DNA of 64,000 nucleotides from Entomortierella parvispora E1425 (lineage: Eukaryota > Fungi > Mortierellomycota), in the NCBI GenBank assembly GCA_020891255.1, contig BQFW01000004.1, positions 930,001 through 994,000 on the forward strand, in the 5' to 3' direction. Each line of letters begins with the position of its first letter. Position 1 is the stretch's first letter. Of this stretch, positions 1 to 12,212 are shown piece after piece. The translations under genes and the position numbers were made by a program. The notes under the pieces are model-generated. The model was given only the letters and a program-made list of their open reading frames with translations, was not told the origin of the DNA and made no database searches.

Positions 1-754
1 GCGGAAGCGGAGTTTGTTCTCACATGTAAACGATGACTTGCCGCCACCTCCAGAGCCTGAGCGCCCTTCGAAAGAGCTACGAGCCTCTCGAGACCGCCAG
101 GACAGGTGGAGTCAACAGTACCACCATGACCAACAACAACAGCAACCACAACCACAACGTGGACAGAACACGGACGGCCGAGACCCACCCAGACCATCGT
201 TCCACGAACAAGAACCAGAGAACACGGATCTCTGGGGAGAATACGAATCACGAACCTTGATCGAGCCGCATTATCCATCCATTGACCTCTTTGAAGAAGA
301 GGACGACGACGACGACCACCCTAATATCAACAACGATATCCACGCTAGCAACGATAGAGATTATGACGATAACAATCACCATCGGATGCCATCAACAGTG
401 GAGGATGATGAAGATGAAGAGCTTTTGGAGCTCGGTGAAGACGGAGTCTTTCGTCGAGCCCATCAATCGCGTACCAGCATTCACCATCATCAGCAACTAC
501 AACAGCAAGTTTGGATGGTGGACGAGTGGGAGGAAGACCTCGAAAGCGAGATGGACGAGCTGTTGGACTGGGCCGAGGACGAGGAACTCCACCTGTTGGA
601 ACGCTTTGAACGGTTGCAAAAGTCAAGTAAAGACATGGGCTCTGAAGATGAGCAACTTCGTGACCAGGAAAGTTCGCTCCGTAACTTTGTCCTCGAAGAC
701 GAAGACGAAGCCAGCCCGTTCGAAAGGATCTTTTCAGAATCCTGGCTCTTCTAA
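1..754 (+). CDS. 3' part of an acidic, low-complexity (D/E/Q/H-rich) hypothetical protein; 5' end lies outside the window
   Basis: Open frame from the window edge to TAA at 752-754. D/E-rich disordered composition ending in SPFERIFSESWLF, followed by T-rich 3' UTR-like sequence. Confidence 0.6.
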   Translation, partial: RKRSLFSHVNDDLPPPPEPERPSKELRASRDRQDRWSQQYHHDQQQQQPQPQRGQNTDGRDPPRPSFHEQEPENTDLWGEYESRTLIEPHYPSIDLFEEEDDDDDHPNINNDIHASNDRDYDDNNHHRMPSTVEDDEDEELLELGEDGVFRRAHQSRTSIHHHQQLQQQVWMVDEWEEDLESEMDELLDWAEDEELHLLERFERLQKSSKDMGSEDEQLRDQESSLRNFVLEDEDEASPFERIFSESWLF

Positions 755-1605
755 AAGAGTCATGAGAATGTGTCCCACGAAGCGGAGCAGAGGGAATGCA
801 AGGGCCCTTGTGAACCCTCGGATGGATCAAGTACATGTATGGCCCCATCCATAACCTTCAAGTCTTGGGCTCACTGACACACTCTCACAACCCTCGTCGC
901 CTAATCCATCGTCTTGGTTTCGTTCCAATCTTTCTTTGCTTCCCAACCTTGCTTTACTTTGCTTTTTTTTTATTCCTGTGCTTCCTGCCTTCTTGTCTCT
1001 CCGTGAACACGCTCAACATCCTAGTCAATCGTATATACCATTTTGCCTCTTTATGTGGCGCTCTCTACCTGTAAATATTTTTTTCTATTTTTTCTCTTTT
1101 CTTATCCAACCAGTTCTTTCTTCCTCTCAGAACACGCGGTCGCTGTTTATTCCTCCGTTGATGTCAATCCTCGGCAAAGACGTTTGCCCCCTCTCCCTTC
1201 TTCTTCTATCTCTCTTGCCTCCCTGTTGTGATAGAAACTCCCACACAGGGAAGCGGCTTGGCCCCACTCCTTTCCCTCCCCCGGGTTTCATAGTTCAAAC
1301 AATTGTCGCCGGCCGAAGAGAGAACAATTGGCAGGCCCAATTGTCCTCCTCGTCCTCCCTCCCTCCCTCCCTCCCTCTCCTCCCCCCCTTTTTTTTGTTT
1401 GTGGCAGTTAATAGCTAGTAGCTTAGTCAACTCTTTCTGCAGCAACAAACAAGATGTTCAATCCCTTCAACATGGTCCCGCCAATTTCTCTAGACTGTGC
1501 ATATGCAAGATGAAAAACGCGTAAAACAAAAAATTGGTGTTTTTTGGGGGAGTGAAGACAAGCCCAAATTTATTATGGAGTTGTATCAAGCTGGGGGCGA
1601 TTGAT

Positions 1606-2064
1606 TTAATCGAAGAGACCGAATCCCATATCGTCATCAGACTCCTCCTTGGCCTCCTCCTTCTTCTCCTCGGCCTTCTCGGCAGCGGCAGCGGCACCAC
1701 CGGCAGCGGGGGCAGCGGCAGCGGAAGCACCACCAGCGGGGACGGAAGCGAGCTTGGAGGAACCCTCAGCGATGAGCTAGTCAAAGGGAAAAGTTTAAAA
1801 AAAAAGATACAGTCCTTGTTAGCAAAGACTTTCACTCCAGCCAATTTTTTTTTTTTTTGCCATCAAGTTGAGTCGCTTCGTTTTGATCGATTGTTCGCCA
1901 TATACCTCGTTGATGTCCTTGCCGGCGAGCTGGGCAATCAAAGCCTCAACGCGCTCAGACTCGGTCTCGACACCGACGGTGGCGAGGAGAGCCGAGATAT
2001 CGGAAGCAGCGGGGGCAGTGTTGCCACCGATGGTGAGCAAAAGGTAAGCAGCGAGGTACTTCAT
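1606..2064 (-). CDS. RPP2: 60S acidic ribosomal protein P2, join(1906..2064,1606..1776), about 109 aa
   Basis: Starts [10 protein letters not shown]...GKDINE. After a GT..AG intron it continues [13 protein letters not shown], an Ala-rich hinge and the diagnostic [14 protein letters not shown]-terminus. Confidence 0.97.
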
Positions 2065-2832
2065 TGTGCTGTAAAGGTCGAGATAACGGTAAAAAGAGGA
2101 AAGAAAACTGTTAGTGGAATGATCTGACTAAAAGAAAGTGAAGAGATTCCTGTGGGTTTTAAGCAAAGCTGTCCTTGATCCCATCCTGTCCTAGTCGTTG
2201 AAGCGAATCGACTCCGGCAGGCGACTCCGGCAGGTAAGTCCCACAGACAAAGAAAAGAAAAAAGGAAAGAAAAAAAAAAGGCAAAGCCTCGTTGGATGGA
2301 TCACTCGCAAGGGGTTGACTCCGCCGTCCATATTCCCGCTGAGAACATGATTCTAATGCGGTAGGCAGTGTGGCTAGAGTCACCCAAGGAGGCCAGGAAG
2401 TTTTTCTGGAGAAAGTGAATTTGGTTTGGTGCAAAGTGGAATGGAGATCCTGATCATCGACGATCCGTTGGTCGGGGGGGTTTTTTTTTCTGGTTCCTTT
2501 ATGTGTTGACACAGATGCTGATGCCAATGAAGGTATGCCGTAACGGATCCAGAAAGCAATGCCTGACGGTTGGATGGATCGATGGATTCTGGGACCGATG
2601 GATCTGAGTCAAATCAACGGATGGATGTCCTTACAAATGGATGAATTCAAGAGGAAGAGCTATTGGCACACGGACTAGGGCGAAATTTATACTGCGTGGA
2701 ATCGCAATTGATCACGTGATGAAATGGAATGGGCATTTTCCGTTGCTCTCCCGACCGTCTCCCAGGCATTGCGTGCAACTGCAGAGGTGATCTCATTCAA
2801 ACCCTCGACACATTCCTACCGCACTATACATC

Positions 2833-3947
2833 ATGGCCACCGCACTCAGGCCCACCCTGGTCCGCGCCACGCGCCGCGCGGCTGTAACCCGACCCTCTGC
2901 CTTTATCAACTCCATCTCTCTTACTTCTCAGCCATTCAGCACATCCGCACATGCAGCACAAGCAAACGAAGGCACCACCCCTCCTTCAAGTTCAGAGTCC
3001 CACCCTCCTCTTCGCCTTTCAAAAGAGCAACGCGAGATGCTTGAGGAGATGATTCGAGTCGATCAAGCTGGAGAGCTAGGCGCCAACTGGATCTATCGCG
3101 GACAGTATGCCGTCCTGGGTTCAGACAAGAAGGTCGGCCCCCTGCTTCAGGTGAGTGTTGGATGTAATGGTATTGGTGGCGGGTACCCTTGTCTTGTGGC
3201 AGAAAGTGACTATGTTTTCTGAAATATGCTCTTGTTCTCCTTCACTTCTAGCACATGTGGGACCAGGAAAAGCACCACTTGAAGGTGTTTGATGGAATTG
3301 TCAGCCAATATCGCGTTCGTCCCACCGCCTTGAGGCCCATCTGGGAAATGGCCGGATTTGCTCTTGGTGCAGGCACCGCCCTCATGGGCAAAGAGGCCGC
3401 CATGGCATGCACAGAGGCCGTGGAAACCGTCATTGGCGGTCATTACAACGAGTAAGTTTGATAGGACCTTGACCTCTCAACGCGACAAAAAAAAAAAAAA
3501 GCATAGCAATTAGTATTCTGACATGCATGGTATCTCTCTCTATAGTCAATTACGCGAGCTGTTGAAAATCGACCACCCAGATATCGCCGAGTTGCGAAAA
3601 GTAAGGCCCAATGGTTGCGTTTTTGATATTGTTTGAGCTCTAGTTCTGACCCTCACCTCCATCGGTACCGTCCTTGCTCGTTTTCTTTAGGTTGTCAAGC
3701 AGTTCCGAGACGAAGAACTCGAGCATCTCGAGACGGCCATTGAGCACGACGCTCAAAAGGTAAGATTGGGCTTTTTGTTGTTCCCTTGATCAGCCCATGT
3801 CATGCCTTCAGACTTTGTTACACAGTGATCTACATCCTAATCGTGCGTCTTGTATTTCACCCATGACAGGCTCCTCAACATGAGCTCTTGAGCAACGCCA
3901 TTAAGCAAGGATGCAAGGCGGCCATTTGGATCTCCAGCAAAGTATAA
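2833..3947 (+). CDS. COQ7: 5-demethoxyubiquinone hydroxylase (di-iron, ubiquinone biosynthesis), about 5 exons
   Basis: Mitochondrial-type presequence, then [39 protein letters not shown] and [15 protein letters not shown] motifs across GT..AG-bounded exons. Confidence 0.95.
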
Positions 3948-4182
3948 TTGACCCCTCCATCTGTTTCTTCTCGCCCACCTGGCGTGGAGGAAATAGGGCA
4001 AGTGCAAACTGTTGGTCGACTTTTGTGCAACCCAGTGTATTCTCGACTATGCATCTTCAAGCGTGAAATAAAGGCTACATTTTTTTTGAGTTATATAACA
4101 GAAGGAAGAAACACACCCTTTTCTCGGTAAAATCGCCGACATCTCCCACCCTACCCCTTTCTCCGAGTTCACAAAAAAAAAG

Positions 4183-5467
4183 ATGTTGGTCGTCCCCTAC
4201 ACAGCCCCGCACTCCACCGGAGACAAGAGACTCTCCATGCAATTCCAAGCCAATTCATTTATCAAATTGAGACACGATACCGTTCTTGTCTATTTTGGCA
4301 CCCTGAACACCCCTGCGGTCGTGCTAGGTGAAGCCATCCTGGAAATCGATCGAGAGTGCGAAGGCGCGACTCATCTCGAAGTGAACTATTCGCTGACTGC
4401 AGGACTCAACGGAGAAAGTAAGGCGTGTAGAAATATATGAGCGTTCACATGATGTTACCTTCGGTCATGTCTCCAGCGTCATATGTTCTCACACACGCCT
4501 GCTGTATTGTCACTCTACACCTAGTCGATCCTCAGTTTGCTGTCCGTTTTTTTCAAGAAAAAGTCTATCAAAGAAAGCAGTGGAAGCTAGATTTGGATCC
4601 CACGAAAAGCGGCAAGATAGGTCCTGGCACCTACCGACGGCCCGTTGCGACCACGATCGATCCTCTGTGGCCCTCCTCCTTTGATCAAGAAGGGCCGAAC
4701 GGGACCAGGGTGTGTTGGATTCGTTACCATTTCCACGTCAAATTCCATGTTCATTCAGGAAAGATGGGCGATCGCGTAGCCCTTGAAAAGACGTTTGAAG
4801 TTTGGATCTTGAACTCCCTGGAGCCGTCACCGATGCCCTCCCCTTCTTCAAAACTCTTGTATCAAAAGATGATAACCAAGAAATCAGGCTTGACGGTCTC
4901 TCTGTCGATTCCTGCGGAGGGAAGAGTGGAAATTGGTCAAGTCTTGCCGGTGACGCTTCGAGTCCCTCCCTTTGAAAAGAGCAAATTCCGAGGATTGGCA
5001 CCTCTCTTGACAGAGTGTGTGTTCAAGCTGAGAGAGGAGGCGGTGGGAAAAACCAAGGTCGCCCTAGGTCGTACAACCAGAATTCCCAAGGATATCTACA
5101 CACTTGCTTTGCTCACAGACGACTGGCCTAAAGACGGGTACAGTGGCTTGGAGCGAGTGATCAGCATATCCCTTCCAGGGTATCCTACCATGAGTACATC
5201 TTCACAAACACAATGGCTCGATGTGGCGTACGTTCTGGAAGTGTCCATGAAGATCAGAGCGGAAGGACAAAAGGAGAAGGAGGCCGAGGCCCTCAAAGCA
5301 CAGTGTAAGAAACGCGTCAGCCTGAGCAATAACTGAACGAACGCGTCTGCTTTTCGGCCTTGATACTAATATTGACAATGTCGTATCCGCCCATAGTTTT
5401 ACTCAATGTCGTTGCTCCACATCATGTCATTGCACCTCACGGAGACCAGTTGCCCGCCTACGAGTAG
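4183..5467 (+). CDS. Alpha-arrestin-like protein, copy 1 (3 exons)
   Basis: Arrestin_N-like start (VYFGTLNTPAVVLGEAILEIDRECEG, GPGTYRRP) and arrestin_C-like segment (LDVAYVLEVSMKI). Spliced C-terminus ends ...GDQLPAYE* with an LPxY motif. Start codon uncertain. Confidence 0.75.
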
Positions 5468-6071
5468 ATTGTACTAGAGTCCATAAAAATGTTTTCCTCG
5501 ACATCTTCTCTGACACCGTTTGAACAAGAGAACCTGCGTATGTACCTTTTATTTCAGTACCTCTCTTTTTATCGCCAAAACAGACCTTATTCACATTAAT
5601 GCATGCTCCCACCATGGACTGTCAGTGCGCAAAGTCTGCAAGGGAAATATCACCATCCGGCTCGACGAGTCAACAGGGCTCTTTGGGTCAACTGACAAGG
5701 TCGGCTTCACCCTTGGCCAGCGAGGGAACTCAACGTAAAAAATGAACGCCCAGTTTGCCACCGAGGGGAAACACAAACACAAAAACAATGAACAAGAAAA
5801 TCCAGGATGATGATGGCCTGAATCGACTCTTGTGCAACGTTCCCAAAAAAAAAAATGCGGCCATCCTTGACTGCTCTGTCTCTCTCCCTCTCTGTGCGAC
5901 CTTCTTTCCTTCTTTTTTTCTTTTCCTATAAAGCAAAGGGGCCTCAGCTCATAAATAAGCACCGCTCACCCCACTCCCCACTCACCACCAGTCAACCATT
6001 ACCTCATTCCCCTTCCTCGTTCCAGAGTTGCAGAAGCACTTTACAAGAAGCGTTCAACCCCTCCCATCAAA

Positions 6072-7345
6072 ATGGTTCAAGACAAAAGGTTTACGTTTGG
6101 TATCAGTTCAAGTTCTGCCGAGGGCAAGAAACTGTCCATGGAATTCCAAGCAGACTCCTTTATCAAATTAGGAGAAGAGCTCGTGCCTGTCTACTTTGGT
6201 ACCTTGGACGTCCCGGCCTTTATCAGTGGCGAGGTCATGCTGGAAGTGGACCGCGAATGTGAAGGGGCCAGTCTCGAAATCACGTTCTCGGCGGCTGCAG
6301 GTCTCAAAGTTGAAGGTAAACCAACTTTTTTTTCTTTTTTCTTTGCTTCTGTGGAGAAGGAGCGCGCAGCTCTTGGAGTCCATGGACTCACGTATCTTGC
6401 ACCAAAATAGTGCTAGCCCAGGCTGTCGTCTCTATGACCAAAGAGAAGGCCTTTCAAAAGAAACGATGGACAACAGACTTGGACCCCACCAAAACAGGAA
6501 AGGTCGGTCCAGGCACTTATCGACGGGCGGTCGGGGCAACGGTCGATCCTCTTTGGCCCTCTTCTTTCAAACATGATGCGAATGGGTCCAGACTGTGCTG
6601 GATCAGTTATCTCTTTGATGTCAAATTCTACACCCCAGAAGGAAAGATGGGCAAGAGCGTCATTGTTGAAAAGACTTTTGAGGTGTGGGTTATGAATTCT
6701 CTCGACCCATCCCCACCTCCCCCTCCCTCCTCGACGCTCTTGTATCAACCCATGAAGACTAAAAAATCCGGTCTGGCCGTCTCCTTCTCGCTCCCTGCTG
6801 AGGGACGGGTGGAAGTGGGTCAGGTTCTGCCAGTGACGCTTCAAGTACCTCCGTTTGAGAAGGGCAAGTTCCACGGCCAGGCACCCGTCTTGAGCGAGTG
6901 TGTATTCAAACTGAGGCAGGATATCTTGGGCAAAACAAAAGACTGCAGGGGCATCAACACAAAGATTCACAAGCTTTTGTGTACGCTTCCGTTGCTCACG
7001 GACGATTGGCCAAAGGACGAACACAATGGAATCGAGGTTGTGATCAATATGAGTCTCCCTGGCTATCCAAGAATGAGTCCATCGGCCAAGACGCAGTGGC
7101 TGGATGTATCCTATGCTCTCGAGATTTCCCTAAAGATCAGAGCTCAGGAACAAAAAGAAAGGGAAGCCGAAACCATTGTAGCAGAATGTAAGAATGGTAT
7201 AATGAAAGGAATAGAAAGAAAAAAAATGTGGACGCTCGTTTTTGACTAACTGTGGATCATCCCTCGATCGTTAGTACCTCTCGATGTCGTTTCTCCACAT
7301 CATATCTTGTCGCTTGATGGAGAACAACTCCCAGCCTATCAATAA
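6072..7345 (+). CDS. Alpha-arrestin-like protein, copy 2 (3 exons), tandem paralog of copy 1
   Basis: Colinear with copy 1, with the same intron positions. Motifs VYFGTLDVPAFISGEVMLEVDRECEG, GPGTYRRA and LDVSYALEISLKI; ends ...GEQLPAYQ*. Confidence 0.78.
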
Positions 7346-7600
7346 GATCTACTTGGCCCCGATACCCTATTATTAAAGACGTTTTGAAGACCTATCATCG
7401 TGAAAAAAAAGACAGACTCGCTGGTTTTTCCATCTGGGACGAACATTTGTAGTAATGAAAGAGAACATTTTCTTGCCCGTCCGGACCGGTGGTGAGTTTC
7501 CATCACAAATGGTTGCTTTCTCAGGAGAGAAATGAAAACATGTCTGTGCCTCGTGTTCCTTCTCAATAGATTCCAAACCAGACTCTATAACGCAGCATGT

Positions 7601-7768
7601 GTCCTCAACATTGAGTAGCTCGCGTATCAACCCTCCCAGAATGTCCTCAACATTGAGTAGCTCGCGTATCAACCCTCCCAGAATGTCCTCAACATTGAGT
7701 AGCTCGCGTATCAACCCTCCCAGAATGTCCTCAACATTGAGTTGCTCGCGTATCAACCCTGCCAGAAT
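7601..7768. repeat. Minisatellite, 4 x 42 bp direct tandem repeat
   Basis: Unit gtcctcaacattgagtagctcgcgtatcaaccctcccagaat at 7601, 7643, 7685 and 7727; the last copy has 2 substitutions. Confidence 0.95.
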
Positions 7769-10700
7769 GTTCCATAATGAGCTTCTGACAAGAAAAAAGG
7801 TCAACTTTTGCTGGCTCCATCCATTTCCCTGGGATCCGCTCGATTTTTGCGTGACTGTGCGCGATCTTGTCATTTCCCGTATCACCAGGGCATGATCCGG
7901 GAAAGAAAGAGAAAACGCGCTCCTGTTTGGCCTTACTCACAATTGAGCCGCTTCGTCCTCTGTATGCTTCAAAAACTCGGTAAGCCTTGACGTCGCTGCT
8001 CCACGACTAGTCGTGGCACCCCCCAGATCGAGGCTCGATAGTTTTCTGCTTGAAGGACCGTTTTTTTTTTCAAAAGCAAAAAAAAAAAGCCCTTCCCCCA
8101 CCCCCAATGAGGCGGGCTTTTTCTGGATAGTTCCATCAGAGGGACAGCAAGGCGAGAATCCCAACATCTACGGTTCAACCTTTTTAGTACGGGTCACACA
8201 AGGGAGAATTTCTTCTGCTCTTGGCCCAATGAGCGATTCTCCATGTGTCTGACCTTTGTTTGGTCGTACAAAGAGCACATAAATGATACACCCTTCCGCC
8301 AAGAAAGGGCGAGTGAAAAAAGGCGCGCGTTGAGTCGTGTTGTTCTTGAGAGATTGGCTTTGACTCTGTCGCCTTGAACACACAAGGTGAGTCTTCAGCT
8401 CAAGGATGGGTGCAGGGTATCTGAACATGAAAAGAAGGAGATACACAGCGACCAGCAGCGAGCCATCGACTCTATCGCGGCGAGTTTTGAGGCATATTGA
8501 GCTATACTATCGCACTCTACACGACCAGGACGAGAAAGTAGAACGTTAGTAAGGGGAAGCTCAGGACAGTGGACTGGACGGTGTTCATCAAGGTATTCAG
8601 GTGAGTCGAGGGCATCCAAGTCAGGGCGAACAAAGGTCCCTTCTCGGTCTTTTGTCCCTCGCCCAAGAACGGGCTGATTTTTTTGAAGTCGGTCCAGATG
8701 GCTCAGATAGACTCTCAGCCAATCAGAATCGATGGTTGAACTTGTGATTTTTTTCTCCTTTTTGTAAACCCCTTTCTGCGACCTGCAGCAGTGCAGGTCG
8801 CCAGTCTCTCTTTTTTTCTTCTTTTCGGTTTCGGACTCACATCCGGCAAAGAGCGGGTTCATGAGAAGTGGCAACGATGGAGGGAAATAACAGGGTGGCA
8901 GCGAGATGACATCCAAATACAGGACAAGTGCGCCTGTGCTGCGGGAGAGAGGGGGGGGGGAGAGGTCCTAGGATCAAGCTTTTTCTTTTTTTGTAGGAAG
9001 GCCCATGAAGTCTCCTTGCAAGGGGCAAAGTCGGTGATGCTTTGTGTGGAAACACGGAGAGATCATCTGTTGCAATGTGTTGCACCACAATCCTTGAGAT
9101 ACCTTCGCGTGTGGATTTTGATTGCAAGTTGTGATAGAGGACCTGAGAGACTGGGTCATACGGTTGGCCAGAGGTCATTCGGAACAGCTGCAAATTGAGG
9201 CCCGGGACCCGAAGATCCTACGATAAGAGAAGCTAGACTCCCTCCATCTTAGCCCATCCATGGGCTTTCTGCCCCCTTCCTTCGCTCCCAACAAAAGAGT
9301 TATTTGATGTGTATCGATAGGGGGCGAGGGCGATCTGAACCCCTCCCCTCAGGCATGGGTCTTTCGCCTCTGTATTTACACACACAACCTTAGTTTCAAA
9401 GAATCGCAGTACAACCGTTTGTCTCCCTTGAGTATTCCTCCGATATTGTGGTTCAGTTGTGTCGATGGTGGCTGAACAATAGCCAAACAGTTTTTTTTTT
9501 TTAAAAAAAAGCAGCGCTGAAAAAAAGAGGGTGAGGGCAGACTGCAACAAGGAAAGGCTAGCCTGTTCTCTTTGCTCTATCTATTTTGATTTTTTTGTCA
9601 TTTATCTTGCTTCACTGAGCTGGATTTGAGCCCATGTGAGATGACGATAGTGCCTTTGCCACGCGAAGAAGGAAAAAAGAATCGCTGCCGTTTGTCAAAG
9701 CCTGTATGATACCAGTGAGAAATGCCCAAGGTAAGGGGTAAAGGGGAAGGGGGAAAAAAAGTAAAAAGGTAAAAATGCGATGAAGGGCAAGGTGCGGGCA
9801 GAATGTCCCTTTGACTTTCGATGCAGCACAAAACAGGCAAGAACATACGCCTGTTTCTTAATTTTTGCTAGGGATGGTGGAATGCAGTACAACCTACTCC
9901 CCCACCTGCAGTACCCATTCTACCGATGAACTGGCTCTTCTCCAAGAATCACTTTTTTTTCAAAAAGAACTGAGCGGATAAAAGCTGAAGCGCGTTCGGT
10001 CTTCGGGTCTAGGTCAAAAATACACAAAAAAAGTATATCGTTTCACGTCATCAAAAAAAACTTGGTCTGTGGTGAGGGCCCTTTGAACACAGAGAGAACC
10101 CATTTCAGGAGGATCCCTAATCATCCTTGATCTTCATCAAAGGGCTGCGATCATCCAGATGGCCTGTCCTCCTGACAATAACTGCCCTGCTTCGTTACGA
10201 CATACAGAGATCAAATGGCCATGTTTTTTTTAAAAAAAAATATGAACAGTGACGGGCAGTGCGCCCTGTCCCCCCTTCTCCCTCTCTCCCCAACAAACAC
10301 ATCAGCGTAGTCTTCAACAGAACGCGTGTTGCGCGCAGTCAAGCCATTCCGTCTCTCCTTTCCCTCAGACTTTATTTTGTTGTTGCCTACGAAGGTTAGT
10401 CTTTGTTGGTAGTAGCTGGTTGTTCAAGAAAGCGATCGTTGTCAAAAGAACAAGGAACAAACTGTTGAGCTCAAAACTCAATCGATCGGGAAGTGAACCT
10501 CGCGGGATGTTTTTATTTTTTCAATTTTTTTCATTTTGCTGGTTGCCCTGTCGGAAAGATCTTCACCATTCTATAGTAAGCTTTTGCATGGCTGAGCAGT
10601 GGCGACTGCAACGGCCTTGAGCGCGAGGTCATGGTGAACAGAGAACGGGCCATGAACAGAGGGGGACAGAACATACCCCCTTCCTCGTCACTTTGTTTTT

Positions 10701-11785
10701 TCGGCTAATGTACGCCGCACTCATAGAAAGTACGTGTTGCGCAAGCCCTTCTTTCATTAATAATGGCCCTACCCCTCTGGTCAGCAAAGACAGAGTCGGC
10801 ACAAAATTGGTTCTGAGGATGCCCTTGTCAGAGGACTGAATGATCTTTGACTCGTCTTTACCTCTATTGCTCTCCTCTTATGGCGAGTACATCGTTTTCG
10901 TTTTTCAAGGAGGCACTATCTCGTTTCGGGCAAAAGGTGAACAAAGAGGAGTGACATATTAAGAAAAAAAAAAAGAAAAAAAAAGGCCGTAGAACGATGG
11001 CCACCACTATGTGGTATCCTCCTTGATTGCAAACCAGAAAATAAACCATGTGCAGAGCCAGGAACGATTGCAAGAGGTTTTTCCTTTCTCACAACGACTT
11101 TGTTATATTTGTTCAGGATGGCGTATGGTTTTGAGTGCTAGGCGTCTCATCACTTGGATATCAGGTCTTCACTCAAGGTGCAGGGCTTATCATCTGCGCT
11201 CGTTCATGAAAGAGTCAAAGTGTGTGGGGCCGTGTCTATGGAAGGCTGATATCCATTCTTGCGCTGATGAACCGAGAAGGACTCTATTGAACATCAGGGC
11301 TGGGTAGGGAGATTAACCGAGAATGGGCTACGACACAACTATGGCTGATGACGATGGCGATGGAATTGTAAAGGGTTATAGTCTGGAGCTTGGCCCTGCC
11401 CATGGACGATACCAGAGTATAGAAAGAACTGAGCCTCGATCTATACTCCAGGAGCGCCAAGGGCTGCGCCTTTGAGAAACAAAAATCCATCGTCTGCTTT
11501 GGTCAATACGGTGGTTCTATCAAAAGGAAATAACTGCAGCGGAGGCACAAATACTTTACCGAAGAGAGTCAGAAGGCAAGAGGACAATGAGGGGTACGAG
11601 TTGAAGGCACTGTAGCTGTAGAGGGATTGGCGTGTTCGAGAACAAAGGCGTACCGGGGACGACGCGCAGCGGATGAGCTGTTGCCGTTGGGGATAGTGGC
11701 GACAGACCGAGATGGAGGATGGGGAGAGGGCGTAAGCAGGAGAGGGAGGGTGGCGACCTGGGGCCGACAGGGCTGGCAGGTAGGT

Positions 11786-11868
11786 CAGGCAAGGCAAGTC
11801 AAGGCAAGGCCAACAGACAAAAAGACATGGCAAGACAAGACAAGGCAAGGCAAGGCAAGGCAAGGCAC
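11786..11868. repeat. (CAAGG)n-type pentanucleotide microsatellite, imperfect
   Basis: caagacaagacaaggcaaggcaaggcaaggcaaggc run, with further caaggc units just upstream. Confidence 0.85.
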
Positions 11869-12166
11869 GCTGCTCTGGCCAAAGAAGATCAAAACGAGTC
11901 TGAGGAACGAAAAGAGTGACAGCCACCATAAAAATGGACAGCGGACGCAGAAATCTTTTTTTTTCTCCTCTCTTCTCTCCTCTCTCTCTCGACTTTCGAC
12001 ACGTCCTTGTTTGTATTCAGTCATTCAGTCGCTATTCATTCCGATGTAAGTGAAAGAAAGGGCCGCTCAGTCACGGAGTAACCGATGCACCTCGTCCATT
12101 CATTCATACATACAGCCATACTTACTTACAGACTACGGCCATCTCGCTGATATCCTCGCTCTTGGC

Positions 12167-12212
12167 TGTCTCTCTCTCTCTCTCTCTCTATCTCTCTGTC
12201 TCTCTCTGTCTC
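12167..12212. repeat. (CT)n microsatellite, imperfect
   Basis: Interrupted tctctctc... run. Confidence 0.8.

Noticed and set aside
7601-7768. CRISPR-like array
   Set aside because: Contiguous repeats without unique spacers, eukaryotic context and no cas genes.
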